Notes: generated by a model from the letters alone, not told the origin. Positions 52,763-63,832 are shown, counted from the first letter of the stretch. The stretch is DNA of 64,000 nt from an uncultured Chlamydiae bacterium (GCA_963828125.1 CAWHDP010000002.1:704001-768000), one strand, 5' to 3'. Program-made: numbers and translations.

Positions 52763-53698
52763 ATGTCAATTTTAATTGTCATGCTGATGTATGCCGGATG
52801 GGCTAGCATGTTCTCTTTGGGGAAGATGGCTTTAGAGTATTGCCCCCCTTTCTTTCTGACCGCATCCAGAATGCTCTTGGCCGGAGTCTTGCTCCTGGCC
52901 TTTATGGCCATTAAAAACCGCCTCGCCTTCACGATCACTCTCAAACAATTCCTCCTTTTTGTTCTCCTTGCCTTGACAGGCGTCTATTTAACGAATGTAT
53001 TGGAATTCTGGAGCTTACAACACCTGACGGCGGCAAAAACCTGTTTTATCTATTCGCTAGCCCCCTTCTTCTCCGCCCTGTTCTCCTACCTCCATTTTGG
53101 GGAGAAAATGAACCCTCGTAAGTGGCTTGGGATGGTGATTGGGTTTGCTGGAATTATTCCAGTCCTGGCCATTCAAAAGGGGGGGAACGAACTCCTTTCT
53201 GGACTTTTTTACCTCTCCTGGCCCGAGCTGGCCATGATCGCCGCCTCAATTTGTACCGTTTACGGGTGGATCATTCTCCGGCTTATTGTGAAAGACACAA
53301 CCGTTTCCCCCTTGATGGCCAATGGCGCCAGCATGCTGATCGGCGGCCTCTTTGCCCTCTTCCACTCCTACCTATTTGAAAGCTGGACCCCCCTCCCCGT
53401 AGCCGCCGTGAATCTCCTCCCCTTCACGAAGGGGCTCTTCATCATGACCCTTATTTCAAATATTATCTGCTATAACGTCTATGGGATGATGCTCAAGCGT
53501 TTTACAGCAACCTTTCTCTCCTTTATGGGTGGGGTGAGCCCGATTTTTGCCTCGGTGATCAGTTGGCTTTTTCTCGGAGAGCCCCTCTCCCCAATTATTT
53601 TTTTATCCACAGCCGTTGTATCGATCGGCCTATGGATGGTCTACAGCGCAGAGTTGAAGCAGGGGTATATTAGAAAAGCCCTAACTGAGGTCAATTAG
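52763..53698 (+). CDS. DMT/EamA family transporter
   Basis: About 10 TM helices, two EamA halves, PFF..SRMLLAG, FLGE. Confidence 0.88.
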   Translation: MSILIVMLMYAGWASMFSLGKMALEYCPPFFLTASRMLLAGVLLLAFMAIKNRLAFTITLKQFLLFVLLALTGVYLTNVLEFWSLQHLTAAKTCFIYSLAPFFSALFSYLHFGEKMNPRKWLGMVIGFAGIIPVLAIQKGGNELLSGLFYLSWPELAMIAASICTVYGWIILRLIVKDTTVSPLMANGASMLIGGLFALFHSYLFESWTPLPVAAVNLLPFTKGLFIMTLISNIICYNVYGMMLKRFTATFLSFMGGVSPIFASVISWLFLGEPLSPIIFLSTAVVSIGLWMVYSAELKQGYIRKALTEVN

Positions 53699-53702
53699 GG
53701 CT
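53677..53702. terminator. probable bidirectional terminator hairpin between convergent genes
   Basis: AGCCCTAA-C-TGA-GG-TCA-A-TTAGGGCT flanked by A and T runs. Confidence 0.55.
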
Positions 53703-53711
53703 ATTTGCAGC

Positions 53712-53936
53712 CTATTTACACTTAGAGCAGCACTGCGTCCACAGTACGATTCTGTAGATGGCTGCCAAGCCGATAAGTACGTAGATGATCCGAGTGATAG
53801 GAGACATCATATCGGCCTCCATATTGAAAATCGAGCCGATCAGATCGAACCCGAAAGCGCCGATTAAACCCCAGCAAATACCGCCGATCAGCACTAAGAT
53901 CACAGAGAGTTTTTCTAGAAATGTGTTGTGTTTCAT
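53712..53936 (-). CDS. DUF378 small membrane protein
   Basis: LVLIGGICWGLIG..FDL..RIIYVLIGLAA. Confidence 0.88.
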   Translation of the reverse strand: MKHNTFLEKLSVILVLIGGICWGLIGAFGFDLIGSIFNMEADMMSPITRIIYVLIGLAAIYRIVLWTQCCSKCK

Positions 53937-54093
53937 CGAAGGACCTTCCTTATTTAGTTCCTATAATCCCCTCATTAAAAGGAAGGCCCAATTTTGTACA
54001 CAAGAAAAAAAGCGGGAGCGGGGACAGCTTGTCGAAATGATGAAGTGGACATCTTTCTAACGAAGAAGTAATTTGATGGCAAGGGGGGATACG

Positions 54094-54216
54094 ATGACAT
54101 ATACATGAAAGACAGTCATTATTGGCGGAAGCTCAGGGATGGGTCTTGCCACTCTGCAAAAGCTTTATTCTCTAGGACATGACATCGTGATCGCCAGTCG
54201 ATCTCAAGACAAGTTA
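54094..54216 (+). pseudogene. 5' remnant of a short-chain dehydrogenase
   Basis: MTYT*KTVIIGGSSGMGLATLQKL..DIVIASRSQDKL; in-frame TGA at 54106, truncated at the IS. Confidence 0.75.
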
Positions 54217-55113
54217 GAACCTGTTCTTGTCCCTTCTCCACAAACTCCCCATTTAATGAGTTCTCGTATCCAGTAGAGCAAAATACCCATCCCTAGAAAA
54301 CCTTCCCAATATTTCATCCTTCTCTCCCACCGTACGACCCATCGTCGATACTTCCTCTGCAACCACGAAATGCCCCGCTCGACCTTCCATCGATATTTTT
54401 CCAACACTTTTAGTTGACCCTCCGACTTATGTCGCCCCAGGCGTCGATACGGAATGTATGGAAACACCTTCATGGCTAGAATTTGCAGCCGCAATTCCTC
54501 TGCATCATACCCCTTATCGGCCTCTACGATTGGCGTTATCCCTTGAGAAATAATTGGTTTTAACCATCCGCTGATTTTTTTTTAACAGCGGAATCACTTC
54601 CTTGCGTTCGTCGCCAGAGGCCCCCGTACTCGTAGCCTTAAGAGGTTGCCCAAGACCGTCAACAAGGAGATGAGTAGTCATTCCCTTCCCCTTGTATCCA
54701 TAGTCTACTTTTTCTCCACCTCCTTTCCCGGGAGAGAAAAATCCATCGATCGCCAATCGAGTTAAATCAACCATTTTCCATTCGACGCAAACCCCCTCTA
54801 ATGCAGTAAGAATGCGTTCTAAAATTCCGTTTTTTTTCCACTCTCCCAAGTATTTATGAGCGCAGGCTCTGGAAGCCCATTGATCACCGACTGGCACATC
54901 ACACCAGCGGGCCCCCGTCGTCAATATCCAAATCAGGGTGTTCAGAATTTTTCTTGGATGAAGCGGTTGCTTACCTCTGAAAGTAATCCCCCATTTATAG
55001 GGTATGAATGGCTCTACAACAGCCCATTCTTGATCGTTCAGTCCTATAAATTTACCCATAGCCCACCTCCTGTAAAGTAAGTGGACATGATGTCATATAA
55101 AGATTTTATGTTC
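54217..55113 (-). mobile_element. IS5-family insertion sequence; transposase split at an A9 run
   Basis: ORFs 54514-55059 (LNDQEW, WILTTGARWCDVP, IDG) and 54204-54494 region (ADKGYD, RWKVER..SWL..YRR..VRWER); ends inferred from TA|GAAC..GTTC|TA and weak. Confidence 0.85.
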
Positions 55114-55131
55114 TATCTAAAGATATGCTCA

Positions 55132-55214
55132 TATACTGCGGCCACCCCAAAAGTGTGAATTTGGGCAGCTTTCACGCTTGCCCAAATTCACACTTTTGGG
55201 GTGGCCGCAGTATA
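55132..55214. repeat. 83-bp long form of family A with 36-bp perfect terminal inverted repeats
   Basis: TATACTGCGGCCACCCCAAAAGTGTGAATTTGGGCA-11nt-exact reverse complement. Confidence 0.95.
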
Positions 55215-55972
55215 GACGCTCTACCTTTTTGAAAATCCAAGCGAACAACATGTTTCATGAAAAAATCGGACCCCAAATAGCCATCTATATCGTTTACATT
55301 GGGATGAATGTCAATAACTTCAAGATCAGTTGGGCCTAGATCAAATGCTCCAATCTTAAATTTTGAAGTGGAGATTTTCCCGTTTTTTTCACTTCTAATA
55401 CCTGAAAGAGGGGCTGATGTATTGAGTGAAAATCGCTTGATTCCAAAATCGGTTTCAATAGAAAAAACGGCACCCCATCGAGTCATTTCAAAAGGAATTT
55501 CTGGAACCCCACATTGAAGATCTTGAGTCTCTTTGAGAATGACAAGAACAGAATGATGAAAATCAAGTATTAAATTACATGTCTGCAAGATATTTCTTCC
55601 TATGATTCCGGAAATATGATTTTCCAGCATACGGGATTCTTCTTGGGCCAGTGTATGAATAATCTCCCCATTGTGCAGACGGATCCGTTGAAGTAGATAT
55701 GTGGATGATGTGATTTCCTGAGCATCCAATCCCAAGATAGTGTGAACGTCAATCCGTTCTTTTTTTAGATTATTTAATACATCCTGTCTCAAAGCAAATT
55801 CACAGGGACTTCCTAAATCGAGAATAAGGGAATAGAATTTCCCTTCAATTTCCACTTTTATCAAGGGTAATCCAGATGAAAATTCCAATGGAATTTGTAG
55901 TGATTTGGATTGTGATATAAAATGACTCAGGGACAAAATCGCCGAAATGAGAACAATAATTTTCGTAATCAT
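55172..55972 (-). CDS. two-domain retropepsin-like aspartic protease homologue (second catalytic Asp replaced)
   Basis: Signal-like N-terminus; LILDLGS, GIIGRN, FSLNTSA, DGYLGSDF; C-terminal ILRPPQKCEFGQA is repeat-derived. Confidence 0.8.
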   Translation of the reverse strand: MITKIIVLISAILSLSHFISQSKSLQIPLEFSSGLPLIKVEIEGKFYSLILDLGSPCEFALRQDVLNNLKKERIDVHTILGLDAQEITSSTYLLQRIRLHNGEIIHTLAQEESRMLENHISGIIGRNILQTCNLILDFHHSVLVILKETQDLQCGVPEIPFEMTRWGAVFSIETDFGIKRFSLNTSAPLSGIRSEKNGKISTSKFKIGAFDLGPTDLEVIDIHPNVNDIDGYLGSDFFMKHVVRLDFQKGRASILRPPQKCEFGQA

Positions 55973-56907
55973 TAAAAAACAATGGCTCCGCAGACCTTGG
56001 AGGATTCTCCAATAAACGCCCTATTATTTTTAAAATCAAGATAAATGGCATGCTTTTTGAAAAAATCAAGTCCCAAATAACCGTCTGCATCTACAGAATG
56101 ATCCATTTCAAAGAGCAAAATATTTAACGGTCCAAAATCGTGACCACCGATGGAAAATTTCATTGATGTAAAAGTCGGCAGTCCCAAAGCCGCCTCTTTT
56201 TTTAACGAACTATCTACTTGAGATTCCCTGAGAATCGATGCGCTGGCCCCCGTATCTAAAATGAATTTTTTTATTCCAATATCGGTTTCAATAGACACAA
56301 TAATACCCCAACGATTGATTTCAAACTCCGTTTCAAAAAGATTTCGAATATGCCAATGATCTTTTTTAAGTTGATCCAAGCTATTTGTCACAAATATCAT
56401 TGAGTTTGGAAAGTCAATAAATAAATTATTAGAGATAAAAAAATCTCTGCCGATTCGACCCATAAATGGAGCTTGAATTCTCCTTTTTTGATCCGATCGC
56501 CAGAGCAAGGCTCCTTTTTCGATAAAATTTTCGTGCTCTTCAAGGACTATGGCGTTTGTACATTTTATATTTTTTTTTTGAATACAAGGAATCAAATAGC
56601 TGTTTTCTTCATATTGGTTCCCTTTGATGTCTGTTATCAGAACAATGCCAGCGAATTTTTTTTTATGAATGATTTTTAATGCATTGCCGAACAAAGCGAA
56701 TTGGCAAGCGGCTCCCAAATCCAGTTTTAACGGGTATTTGTTTCCTTCAATTTCGACCTCGATTAAAGCGCTATTTCCTGCAAATTGCACAGGAATTCGG
56801 GCATAGCATCCCCTACGAAGGGTCACTCCCAGATTGTATCGATTGAAGAAATCCCAACATCCAAGAAGCACCAAAATCGATAAGAATATGAGAGCCGTTT
56901 TTTTCAT
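55972..56907 (-). CDS. two-domain retropepsin-like aspartic protease, possible lipoprotein
   Basis: MKK..LVLLGC N-terminus; LKLDLGA, GRIGRDF, FILDTGA, DGYLGLDF. Confidence 0.85.
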   Translation of the reverse strand: MKKTALIFLSILVLLGCWDFFNRYNLGVTLRRGCYARIPVQFAGNSALIEVEIEGNKYPLKLDLGAACQFALFGNALKIIHKKKFAGIVLITDIKGNQYEENSYLIPCIQKKNIKCTNAIVLEEHENFIEKGALLWRSDQKRRIQAPFMGRIGRDFFISNNLFIDFPNSMIFVTNSLDQLKKDHWHIRNLFETEFEINRWGIIVSIETDIGIKKFILDTGASASILRESQVDSSLKKEAALGLPTFTSMKFSIGGHDFGPLNILLFEMDHSVDADGYLGLDFFKKHAIYLDFKNNRAFIGESSKVCGAIVF

Positions 56908-56910
56908 CTA

Positions 56911-57279
56911 TTAAAATTCATATTCAATACTCGCTTTCACTTCGTATGAAACATTGCCTTTAGTATCGATAGTCACCTCTCCGCTTGTACTCACCTCAGT
57001 ATTCCCGTCATCCGATTTCGTACTCGCGTGCCCTTCAACAGTCACTTCACTATTTCCTTCTTTGTCTTTCTCTACAGTAATTTCACCTCCCACGGTAGTC
57101 ATCGGTTTCATTTTATAAGACGAATGTCGGCTAAAAGTATTTAGTATTATGTTTGCACAATTTTCGTCAACATTTTTTACCTCAATTTGTTGTTTGTTTG
57201 GTTGAATGATTTCTCCGTAGATAAAAGCTATCTCTTCCACGTTGCTATCATAATCTGAAACGATGCCCATACATATCAT
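56911..57279 (-). CDS. small beta-strand-rich hypothetical protein ending in EYEF
   Basis: 122-aa ORF ending 3 nt before the protease start; start codon uncertain. Confidence 0.65.
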   Translation of the reverse strand: MICMGIVSDYDSNVEEIAFIYGEIIQPNKQQIEVKNVDENCANIILNTFSRHSSYKMKPMTTVGGEITVEKDKEGNSEVTVEGHASTKSDDGNTEVSTSGEVTIDTKGNVSYEVKASIEYEF

Positions 57280-57359
57280 CCCATTGGTTGGTTTAAATAG
57301 AGTTAAGCATTCTATATGACATAGAAATTTTTGTCTAAAAAAATTTCTATTTGCTGGAT

Positions 57360-57479
57360 TTAGAGGGAGGGTTTGTTAAAGACGAGAGGCTTTAAATAAT
57401 CGATGAGTTCGGGGAGATCCTTGTCCACTGTATTCCAGACTTGTTCAAGATCAACATCAAAGTAACCACGGGTGAGCTG
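57360..57479 (-). pseudogene. 3' remnant of a DUF86/HepT-like HEPN ribonuclease
   Basis: Manual translation QLTRGYFDVDLEQVWNTVDKDLPEL; Rx4H motif lost. Confidence 0.7.
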
Positions 57480-57507
57480 AGCGGCATTCAGAATGTCCAG
57501 GTTCTTT

Positions 57508-57554
57508 TATACTGCGGCCACCCAAAAGTGTGAATTTGGGGTGGCCGCAGTATA
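57508..57554 (+). repeat. family A short palindromic element (47 bp)
   Basis: As 18944-18991 but one C shorter. Confidence 0.92.
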
Positions 57555-57561
57555 TTTTTCA

Positions 57562-60120
57562 TCACCTTTTTTGACCTTTTGCCCAAATTTCCTTTTCTGC
57601 TTGTTCCCAATCTTGCTCCGCAAAGCCGTCTTGTCGGCCTCGCTGTTCGTATAGTTCATACGCACGTTTGGCAATCTCCGTTGCCAAATCGGAGGGTTTT
57701 TGCGGTTTGATGGGATCGAAAATCTTAACACTGAGGAGCTTTATCCAATCGTTCACAAAAAACCATGCTAACGCATAGCCCCAAACGAAAAGGGCCCAAT
57801 GCCAACTGATAGGCGTCATAAGGAACCCATACACTGCAATCAAAGTCGCTAAGATTTGCGTACCAACGACAGCTACCCAGAGAACCCGTGCAGGACGTAT
57901 GGACCAGAAAGGGCCGCGCGTGCGCGTGATGAAGATCGTCAGATGCCCAGCCACAGATAACTTCAAATACATCAGAGTTTGTATATGTGATCGATCGATG
58001 TGAAAAACCCGCTCGCCGAGATAAAATAAGCCGAAGGAACTGAATACTCCAATGAGTCCTAAGACTGTGGCGATCCCCAGCACCATCCGCATGTTCCAGG
58101 CTTCTGGCTGATCTTTATAACGAACGTTGTCGTAAGCGATAGATAAGATTGCGCCGTCGTTGAGCAATGCCAGTATCACGATCATCACTGCGGTGACTGG
58201 ATAGAAATTAAACACCAAAATCGCCAAAGTCATGAAAAACAGCACGCGCAGCGTCTCGGCGATACGGTAGATTGCATAACTGTTCATCCTTTGGAAAATT
58301 TTTCGGCTTTCTCGGATCCCATCAATAATCACCGATAGACCGGAGGCCAGCAATACGATGGATGCAGCTGCACGTGCTGCATCGGTGGCTCCCGATACGG
58401 CGATGCCACAGTCTGCTTTTTTCAAAGCAGGGGCGTCATTCACTCCATCTCCGGTCATACCGACAATGTGGCCACGCCGCTGCAATACATCGACAATGTG
58501 GTACTTATGAACCGGGAACACTTGAGCAAACCCATCGGCGTGTTCGATATATGCGGCCGACTCGGTTCCATCGATGCGTGTTGTGTCTCCAAGTCCGCTC
58601 GCATCGAGAATATTCGTGCCTAGGCCTAGCTGCTTGGCTGTTTCTTGAGCAATCGCTATTTGATCGCCCGTAACCATCTTGACGTTTACGCCCATCTGGC
58701 GAGCGCTTGCAATGGTTGCCTCGGCCTCTTCGCGGGGCGGATCGAACAAAGGGAGTATCCCGATAAATTGCCACTGGCCTTCCGCATCTGCCCGAGCCAC
58801 GCCCAACGAACGGAATCCTCGCATTGCAAATTCATGAATGACCTGTTCGACAGACTCTCTGACCTCGTTTGCGTTCATCGACATTTCCAAGATCACCTGC
58901 GGAGCCCCCTTCGTCACATAGAACTGCGAACCATTCGTGAGTTTGACCGTTGCCTCAGTCCGTTTATGCACTGGGTCGAACGGTTGGAAATGGACTACTT
59001 CAAATCCCTTTAAAGTTTGATGATCTTGCAGCCCTTTGATGACAGCCAGATCAATCGTATCATGATTTTCTGCTCGGGAAGCGAGTGCAGCGAGAAAAAC
59101 GACTTCGCTTGCAGGAATCCCATTCACACTGAACGGATCTCCCAAAGTCAGCTTATTCTGAGTCAGGGTACCGGTCTTATCAGCGCACAAGATATCTACG
59201 CCTGCAAGTTCCTCAATGGTAGACAGACGGGTTACAATGGCCTGTTTTTTTGCAAGCAAGCGCGCGCCGATCGCCATTGTCACTGATAACACTGTAGGCA
59301 TCGCTACGGGAATTGCCGCTACCAGAAGAACGAGGGCAAACTGCAATGTGGTGAGAGTTCTGTCTCCACGGACAATGGCAACGGCGACGATGAGCGCCAC
59401 TAAAGCCACTGCAAGGATGATTAAATAGTCGCCGATTTTCAGCACAGCGCGCTGGAAGTGGCTCACCGTATGCGCCTCCTCCACTAGCTCCACGGTCTTT
59501 CCAAAGTAGGTGTTTTCACCGGTTCCATATACCATGGCGTCAATTTCACCCTGGCGAATGATGGAGCCGGAGAATAGCGCCTCCCCCGATTTGCGCTCGA
59601 TGGGTAGAGATTCACCCGTCAAAGCAGATTGATCCACCTCCACCGGATCACCCGCTAAAAGGCGCACATCTGCCGGCACAATATCGCCCAGGCGGACGCG
59701 TATGACGTCTCCAGGAACCAATAAGCGCGCCTCCAAACTGACCCATTGCCCATCCCGCCTGACTTTCGCTTTGATGGCTAGCTGAGCCTTGAGAGCAGCG
59801 ATCGCATTACCCGCTTGACGCTCTTCCAAAAATCCAATGAGGGCATTGGAGGCAAGCAAAATAAGGATGATGAAAAAATCGGGCCAATGTTGAACCACAG
59901 CAGACAAAATCACCGCGATTTCGATCATCCATGGAATCGGTCCCCAAAAATACGAGAGGAATTTGAGAAACGGATTGCTTTTTTGTTCCTCGATTTCGTT
60001 AGGACCATACTGAGCCAACCGCCCCTCGGCCTCGGCTTGGGTCAGACCATCCGGCGACGACCCTAACTTCGCTTGCAGCTCCAAGATAGGAAGAGATTGT
60101 AGCTCGTCTTTTTCGTTCAT
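57562..60120 (-). CDS. P-type (IIIA) proton-efflux ATPase with C-terminal DUF2934-like tail
   Basis: [54 protein letters not shown]; tail [19 protein letters not shown]. Confidence 0.93.
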   Translation of the reverse strand: MNEKDELQSLPILELQAKLGSSPDGLTQAEAEGRLAQYGPNEIEEQKSNPFLKFLSYFWGPIPWMIEIAVILSAVVQHWPDFFIILILLASNALIGFLEERQAGNAIAALKAQLAIKAKVRRDGQWVSLEARLLVPGDVIRVRLGDIVPADVRLLAGDPVEVDQSALTGESLPIERKSGEALFSGSIIRQGEIDAMVYGTGENTYFGKTVELVEEAHTVSHFQRAVLKIGDYLIILAVALVALIVAVAIVRGDRTLTTLQFALVLLVAAIPVAMPTVLSVTMAIGARLLAKKQAIVTRLSTIEELAGVDILCADKTGTLTQNKLTLGDPFSVNGIPASEVVFLAALASRAENHDTIDLAVIKGLQDHQTLKGFEVVHFQPFDPVHKRTEATVKLTNGSQFYVTKGAPQVILEMSMNANEVRESVEQVIHEFAMRGFRSLGVARADAEGQWQFIGILPLFDPPREEAEATIASARQMGVNVKMVTGDQIAIAQETAKQLGLGTNILDASGLGDTTRIDGTESAAYIEHADGFAQVFPVHKYHIVDVLQRRGHIVGMTGDGVNDAPALKKADCGIAVSGATDAARAAASIVLLASGLSVIIDGIRESRKIFQRMNSYAIYRIAETLRVLFFMTLAILVFNFYPVTAVMIVILALLNDGAILSIAYDNVRYKDQPEAWNMRMVLGIATVLGLIGVFSSFGLFYLGERVFHIDRSHIQTLMYLKLSVAGHLTIFITRTRGPFWSIRPARVLWVAVVGTQILATLIAVYGFLMTPISWHWALFVWGYALAWFFVNDWIKLLSVKIFDPIKPQKPSDLATEIAKRAYELYEQRGRQDGFAEQDWEQAEKEIWAKGQKR

Positions 60121-62489
60121 TTGAAGTCAGCCCATTTCCAGTTCCTTACTTCTGGCATGTCTTGACCGTGCTTAACGATGTAGTGTTTATGCTCGATGAG
60201 CTTATCCTGCATCATTTGTTTTAGATAATCTCCCTTGGCGCCTAAATCCGGCAATCGGTCGATCACATCTTGGACAAGATGAAAGCGATCTAGCTCATTT
60301 TGCACCCGCATATCGAACGCCGTTGTGACGGAACCCTCTTCCTTGTAACCTCGAACATGCAAGTTGCGATTCACCCTGCGATACGTGAGCCGGTGGATCA
60401 GCCAAGGATATCCGTGGAAGGCGAAAATGATGTGTTTATTTTTCGTGAAAATCGAGTCGTAATCTTTATCGGAAAGCCCATGTGGGTGTTCGGTATCGGG
60501 CTGGAGCTTCATGAGGTCGACGACATTGACGACGCGAATTTTCAAATCGGGCAAGGACTTACGAAGAATCGAGACGGCGGCTAAGATTTCCAAGGTCGGT
60601 ATGTCGCCGCTGGCCGCCATGACTATGTCCGGCCCTTCCGTCTGATCGTTGCTGGCCCATTGCCAAATGCCGACCCCTTCCGTACAATGAGTTTCGGCTT
60701 GCTCCATCGTCAACCATTGAGGGAGGGAGTGTTTGCCTGCAACCACTACGTTTACGTAGTGACGGCTCCGTAGACAGTGGTCAAAAACCGATAGCAAACA
60801 GTTCGCATCGGGGGGAAGATAAACACGGCAAATACTCGCCTTCTTATTGACGACATGATCGATAAAACCAGGATCTTGATGCGTGAAGCCATTATGATCT
60901 TGCTGCCAAACATGGGAGACGAGCAGATAATTCAGGGACGCGATTTTCCTGCGCCATGGCAATTCCGATGTAATCTTCAGCCATTTGGCATGCTGATTGA
61001 ACATCGAATCCACGATGTGGATAAATGCCTCATAGCAGTTAAAAACCCCATGACGACCTGTCAACAAATACCCTTCCAACCAACCCTCGCTCTGGTGTTC
61101 GCTGAGCATCGAATCTAACACCTGTCCTGCAGCAGAGAGAAACTCATCGTTCTTTTCTGTCCTCGCTTCCCACTGACGATCGGTGACCTCAAACACCGCG
61201 CCCAAAAGATTCGAAAGCGTTTCATCAGGGCCAAAGAGTCTAAAATTGCGCTGCTTCTGATTCAACTTGGCTACATCGCGCAAGAATTGTCCCAGTACGA
61301 GCGTATCTTGAGCCGAGATCGCGCCAGGAGATGGCACATTCACCGCATAAACACGGAAATCGGGCATCACCAGATCTCGGAGCCATGCACCGCCGTTGGC
61401 ATGGGGATTTGCACCCATGCGCCTGGCGCCTTGAGGCGCAAGCTCAGCGAGTTCTGGCAAGAGTCTCCCCATCTCATCAAATAATTCCTCTGGCTTATAG
61501 CTCTTCATCCAATTTTCAAGCAGTTTAAGGTGCTTCGGATGCTCCGCATTCACCAGAATCGGCACCTGGTGCGCTCTGAATGTCCCCTCATTTGGCACTC
61601 CATCGACGGTTTTTGGACCTGTCCAGCCCTTCGGCGAGCGCAAAACGATCATGGGCCAACGAGGCCTGGTGGTATCATTATTCCTTCGGGCATTGCTTTG
61701 GATTCGTTGAATTTCTTCGATGACGCGATCCAAAATATCGGCCATGAGTTGATGCATTTTTTCTGGGTCATCCCCTTCCACGAAATAAGGCGTCCACCCA
61801 CAGCCCCTAAAAAATTGCTCTAATTCCTCAGGTTCGATGCGAGAGAGCACAGTTGGATTGCTGATCTTATATCCATTGAGATGCAAGATCGGCAGCACAG
61901 CCCCGTCGGTGATTGGATCGAGAAACTTGTTCGAATGCCAAGCGGTTGCCAAAGGCCCCGTTTCGGCCTCCCCATCGCCGACAACGCAAGCGGTAACCAG
62001 ATCGGGATTGTCGAATACGGCGCCGAAAGCATGGCTCAGAGAATATCCCAACTCACCTCCCTCATGGATCGACCCTGGCGTCGTCGGCGCAACATGGCTG
62101 GAAATTCCCCCCGGCCACGAAAATTGGGTAAAGAGCTTTTTCATCCCGGCTTCATCCTGGCTGATGTCTGGATAAATTTCGCTGTAGGTCCCCTCGAGGT
62201 AAGTATTAGCCACCAGAGCGGGTCCCCCGTGGCCGGGACCTGCGATATAAATCACATTCAGATCGTATTTCTTAATCACCCGGTTCAAATGCACATAGAT
62301 GAAGTTCTGTCCTGGCGTCGTCCCCCAATGTCCTACGACCAATGGCTTCACATGGGACAATTCCAAAGGCTTTTTGAGCAGCGGGTTATCATAAAGATAG
62401 ATTTGACCGACCGATAGATAATTGGCAGCTCGCCAATAGGCATTTATGTTGCCGAGCTGTTCTGGAGAAAGTGTTTTTGTCATCATCAT
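60117..62489 (-). CDS. xfp: xylulose-5-phosphate/fructose-6-phosphate phosphoketolase
   Basis: [42 protein letters not shown]. Confidence 0.97.
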   Translation of the reverse strand: MMMTKTLSPEQLGNINAYWRAANYLSVGQIYLYDNPLLKKPLELSHVKPLVVGHWGTTPGQNFIYVHLNRVIKKYDLNVIYIAGPGHGGPALVANTYLEGTYSEIYPDISQDEAGMKKLFTQFSWPGGISSHVAPTTPGSIHEGGELGYSLSHAFGAVFDNPDLVTACVVGDGEAETGPLATAWHSNKFLDPITDGAVLPILHLNGYKISNPTVLSRIEPEELEQFFRGCGWTPYFVEGDDPEKMHQLMADILDRVIEEIQRIQSNARRNNDTTRPRWPMIVLRSPKGWTGPKTVDGVPNEGTFRAHQVPILVNAEHPKHLKLLENWMKSYKPEELFDEMGRLLPELAELAPQGARRMGANPHANGGAWLRDLVMPDFRVYAVNVPSPGAISAQDTLVLGQFLRDVAKLNQKQRNFRLFGPDETLSNLLGAVFEVTDRQWEARTEKNDEFLSAAGQVLDSMLSEHQSEGWLEGYLLTGRHGVFNCYEAFIHIVDSMFNQHAKWLKITSELPWRRKIASLNYLLVSHVWQQDHNGFTHQDPGFIDHVVNKKASICRVYLPPDANCLLSVFDHCLRSRHYVNVVVAGKHSLPQWLTMEQAETHCTEGVGIWQWASNDQTEGPDIVMAASGDIPTLEILAAVSILRKSLPDLKIRVVNVVDLMKLQPDTEHPHGLSDKDYDSIFTKNKHIIFAFHGYPWLIHRLTYRRVNRNLHVRGYKEEGSVTTAFDMRVQNELDRFHLVQDVIDRLPDLGAKGDYLKQMMQDKLIEHKHYIVKHGQDMPEVRNWKWADFK

Positions 62490-63688
62490 TTTTCCTTGCC
62501 AAAGTCAAGAAGGCGCTCAACCATCTGAGCGATCATTATTTCTTCGTCTGTGGGGATGACACGGACAGAAATCGGACTATTGTCCGAGGAAATCACGCCT
62601 TCATTGGACTCGTTGCGTTTTTCTTCAAGTTCAATTCCAAGGAATTGCAACCCATCGCAAATCCGGGCCCGAATCATAGGAGCCTTCTCTCCGATGCCGC
62701 CAGAAAACACCAGTGCGTCCACCCCACCCAAAACGGCTGCGAATGCGCCGATCCATTTCTTGACCTGGTAGCAAAATAGGGCCACAGCTTCAGCCGCCCT
62801 CACATCATCCGCTTCCAGACTCAGTAACTCCCGCATATCAGAACTGGTCTCAGAAACACCGAGCAACCCCGACTCGAAATTCACCATCTCATTGAATCTC
62901 TGCGCATCGACCCCCTCAGTGTTCGCCAAATACAAAACCAGTCCTGGATCGAGATCTCCCGAGCGAGTACCCATCGGTATCCCTGCTGTCGGCGTGAAAC
63001 TCATACTAGTGTCTATGGATTTGCCATCCCTTACGGCCGTAAGGCTCGCGCCATTGCCGAGGTGGGCTAAAATAACACGGCCGCGCGCTGTCCGTGTTCC
63101 GGCCACGCGAGCCAGCTCTCCCATTAAAAACTCGTACGACAATCCGTGAAATCCATATTTTCTTACCCCCCTAGCCTCAAAGCGGCGCGGTATGGCCAAT
63201 ATTTTAGCCACGCGTGGCAGATCGTGGTGAAAAGCCGTGTCGAAGCATGCTACTTGAGTTAAGTTAGGAAATCGGTGATGAAACGCCTCAATTAACCGAA
63301 TTTCCTCCGGCATATGCTCAAGATCAAACGAACTAATCCCATGCAGCTCTTTGATCATTTTTGGAGTAATTGGCTCCGGTTTCCAATACTTGAGACCGCC
63401 ATGCACTACCCGGTGGCCTACCGCAGTCAATGTGTCGTGTGGATAGCGCTGTTCGATCCAATCCATGAAGACGTCAACTGCTTCTTTATGATTTGGCGCC
63501 TTCACGGCTCGTGAAAAGTTGTCCGCTCGATCCAGATCTTTCACTTGCAAAACAGCGTCTTCCCATCCAATTCGCTCTATCGCGCCCTCTAGAACCCTTC
63601 GGAGAAAATCATGCGCCTCAAACAGCGCAAATTTGATACTCGAAGAACCGCCATTGATTGTCAAGATGCGCGCCTTAAGCGATTTCAT
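62486..63688 (-). CDS. ackA: acetate kinase
   Basis: [48 protein letters not shown]. Confidence 0.96.
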   Translation of the reverse strand: MKSLKARILTINGGSSSIKFALFEAHDFLRRVLEGAIERIGWEDAVLQVKDLDRADNFSRAVKAPNHKEAVDVFMDWIEQRYPHDTLTAVGHRVVHGGLKYWKPEPITPKMIKELHGISSFDLEHMPEEIRLIEAFHHRFPNLTQVACFDTAFHHDLPRVAKILAIPRRFEARGVRKYGFHGLSYEFLMGELARVAGTRTARGRVILAHLGNGASLTAVRDGKSIDTSMSFTPTAGIPMGTRSGDLDPGLVLYLANTEGVDAQRFNEMVNFESGLLGVSETSSDMRELLSLEADDVRAAEAVALFCYQVKKWIGAFAAVLGGVDALVFSGGIGEKAPMIRARICDGLQFLGIELEEKRNESNEGVISSDNSPISVRVIPTDEEIMIAQMVERLLDFGKEK

Positions 63689-63706
63689 GAACACCTCAAG
63701 CTGATC

Positions 63707-63724
63707 AATGGCCAATGTCCAGTT
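63707..63724 (+). repeat. family B repeat
   Basis: AATGGCCAATGTCCAGTT, identical to 23510-23527. Confidence 0.75.
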
Positions 63725-63832
63725 AAGGTGAAAATTAAAAAAAAGTCAATCTTTGAGGTAAGGGGTCGTCCAATCATAAATCTTAGAAAGGTGCTCAAGA
63801 TGTTACGCCAGATTGAGCAGATTTTCCGCGGA

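Noticed and set aside
54217..55214. The IS5 element as the autonomous parent of family A
   Set aside because: Its apparent ends (GAAC/GTTC) do not resemble TATACTGCGG; adjacency alone is insufficient.
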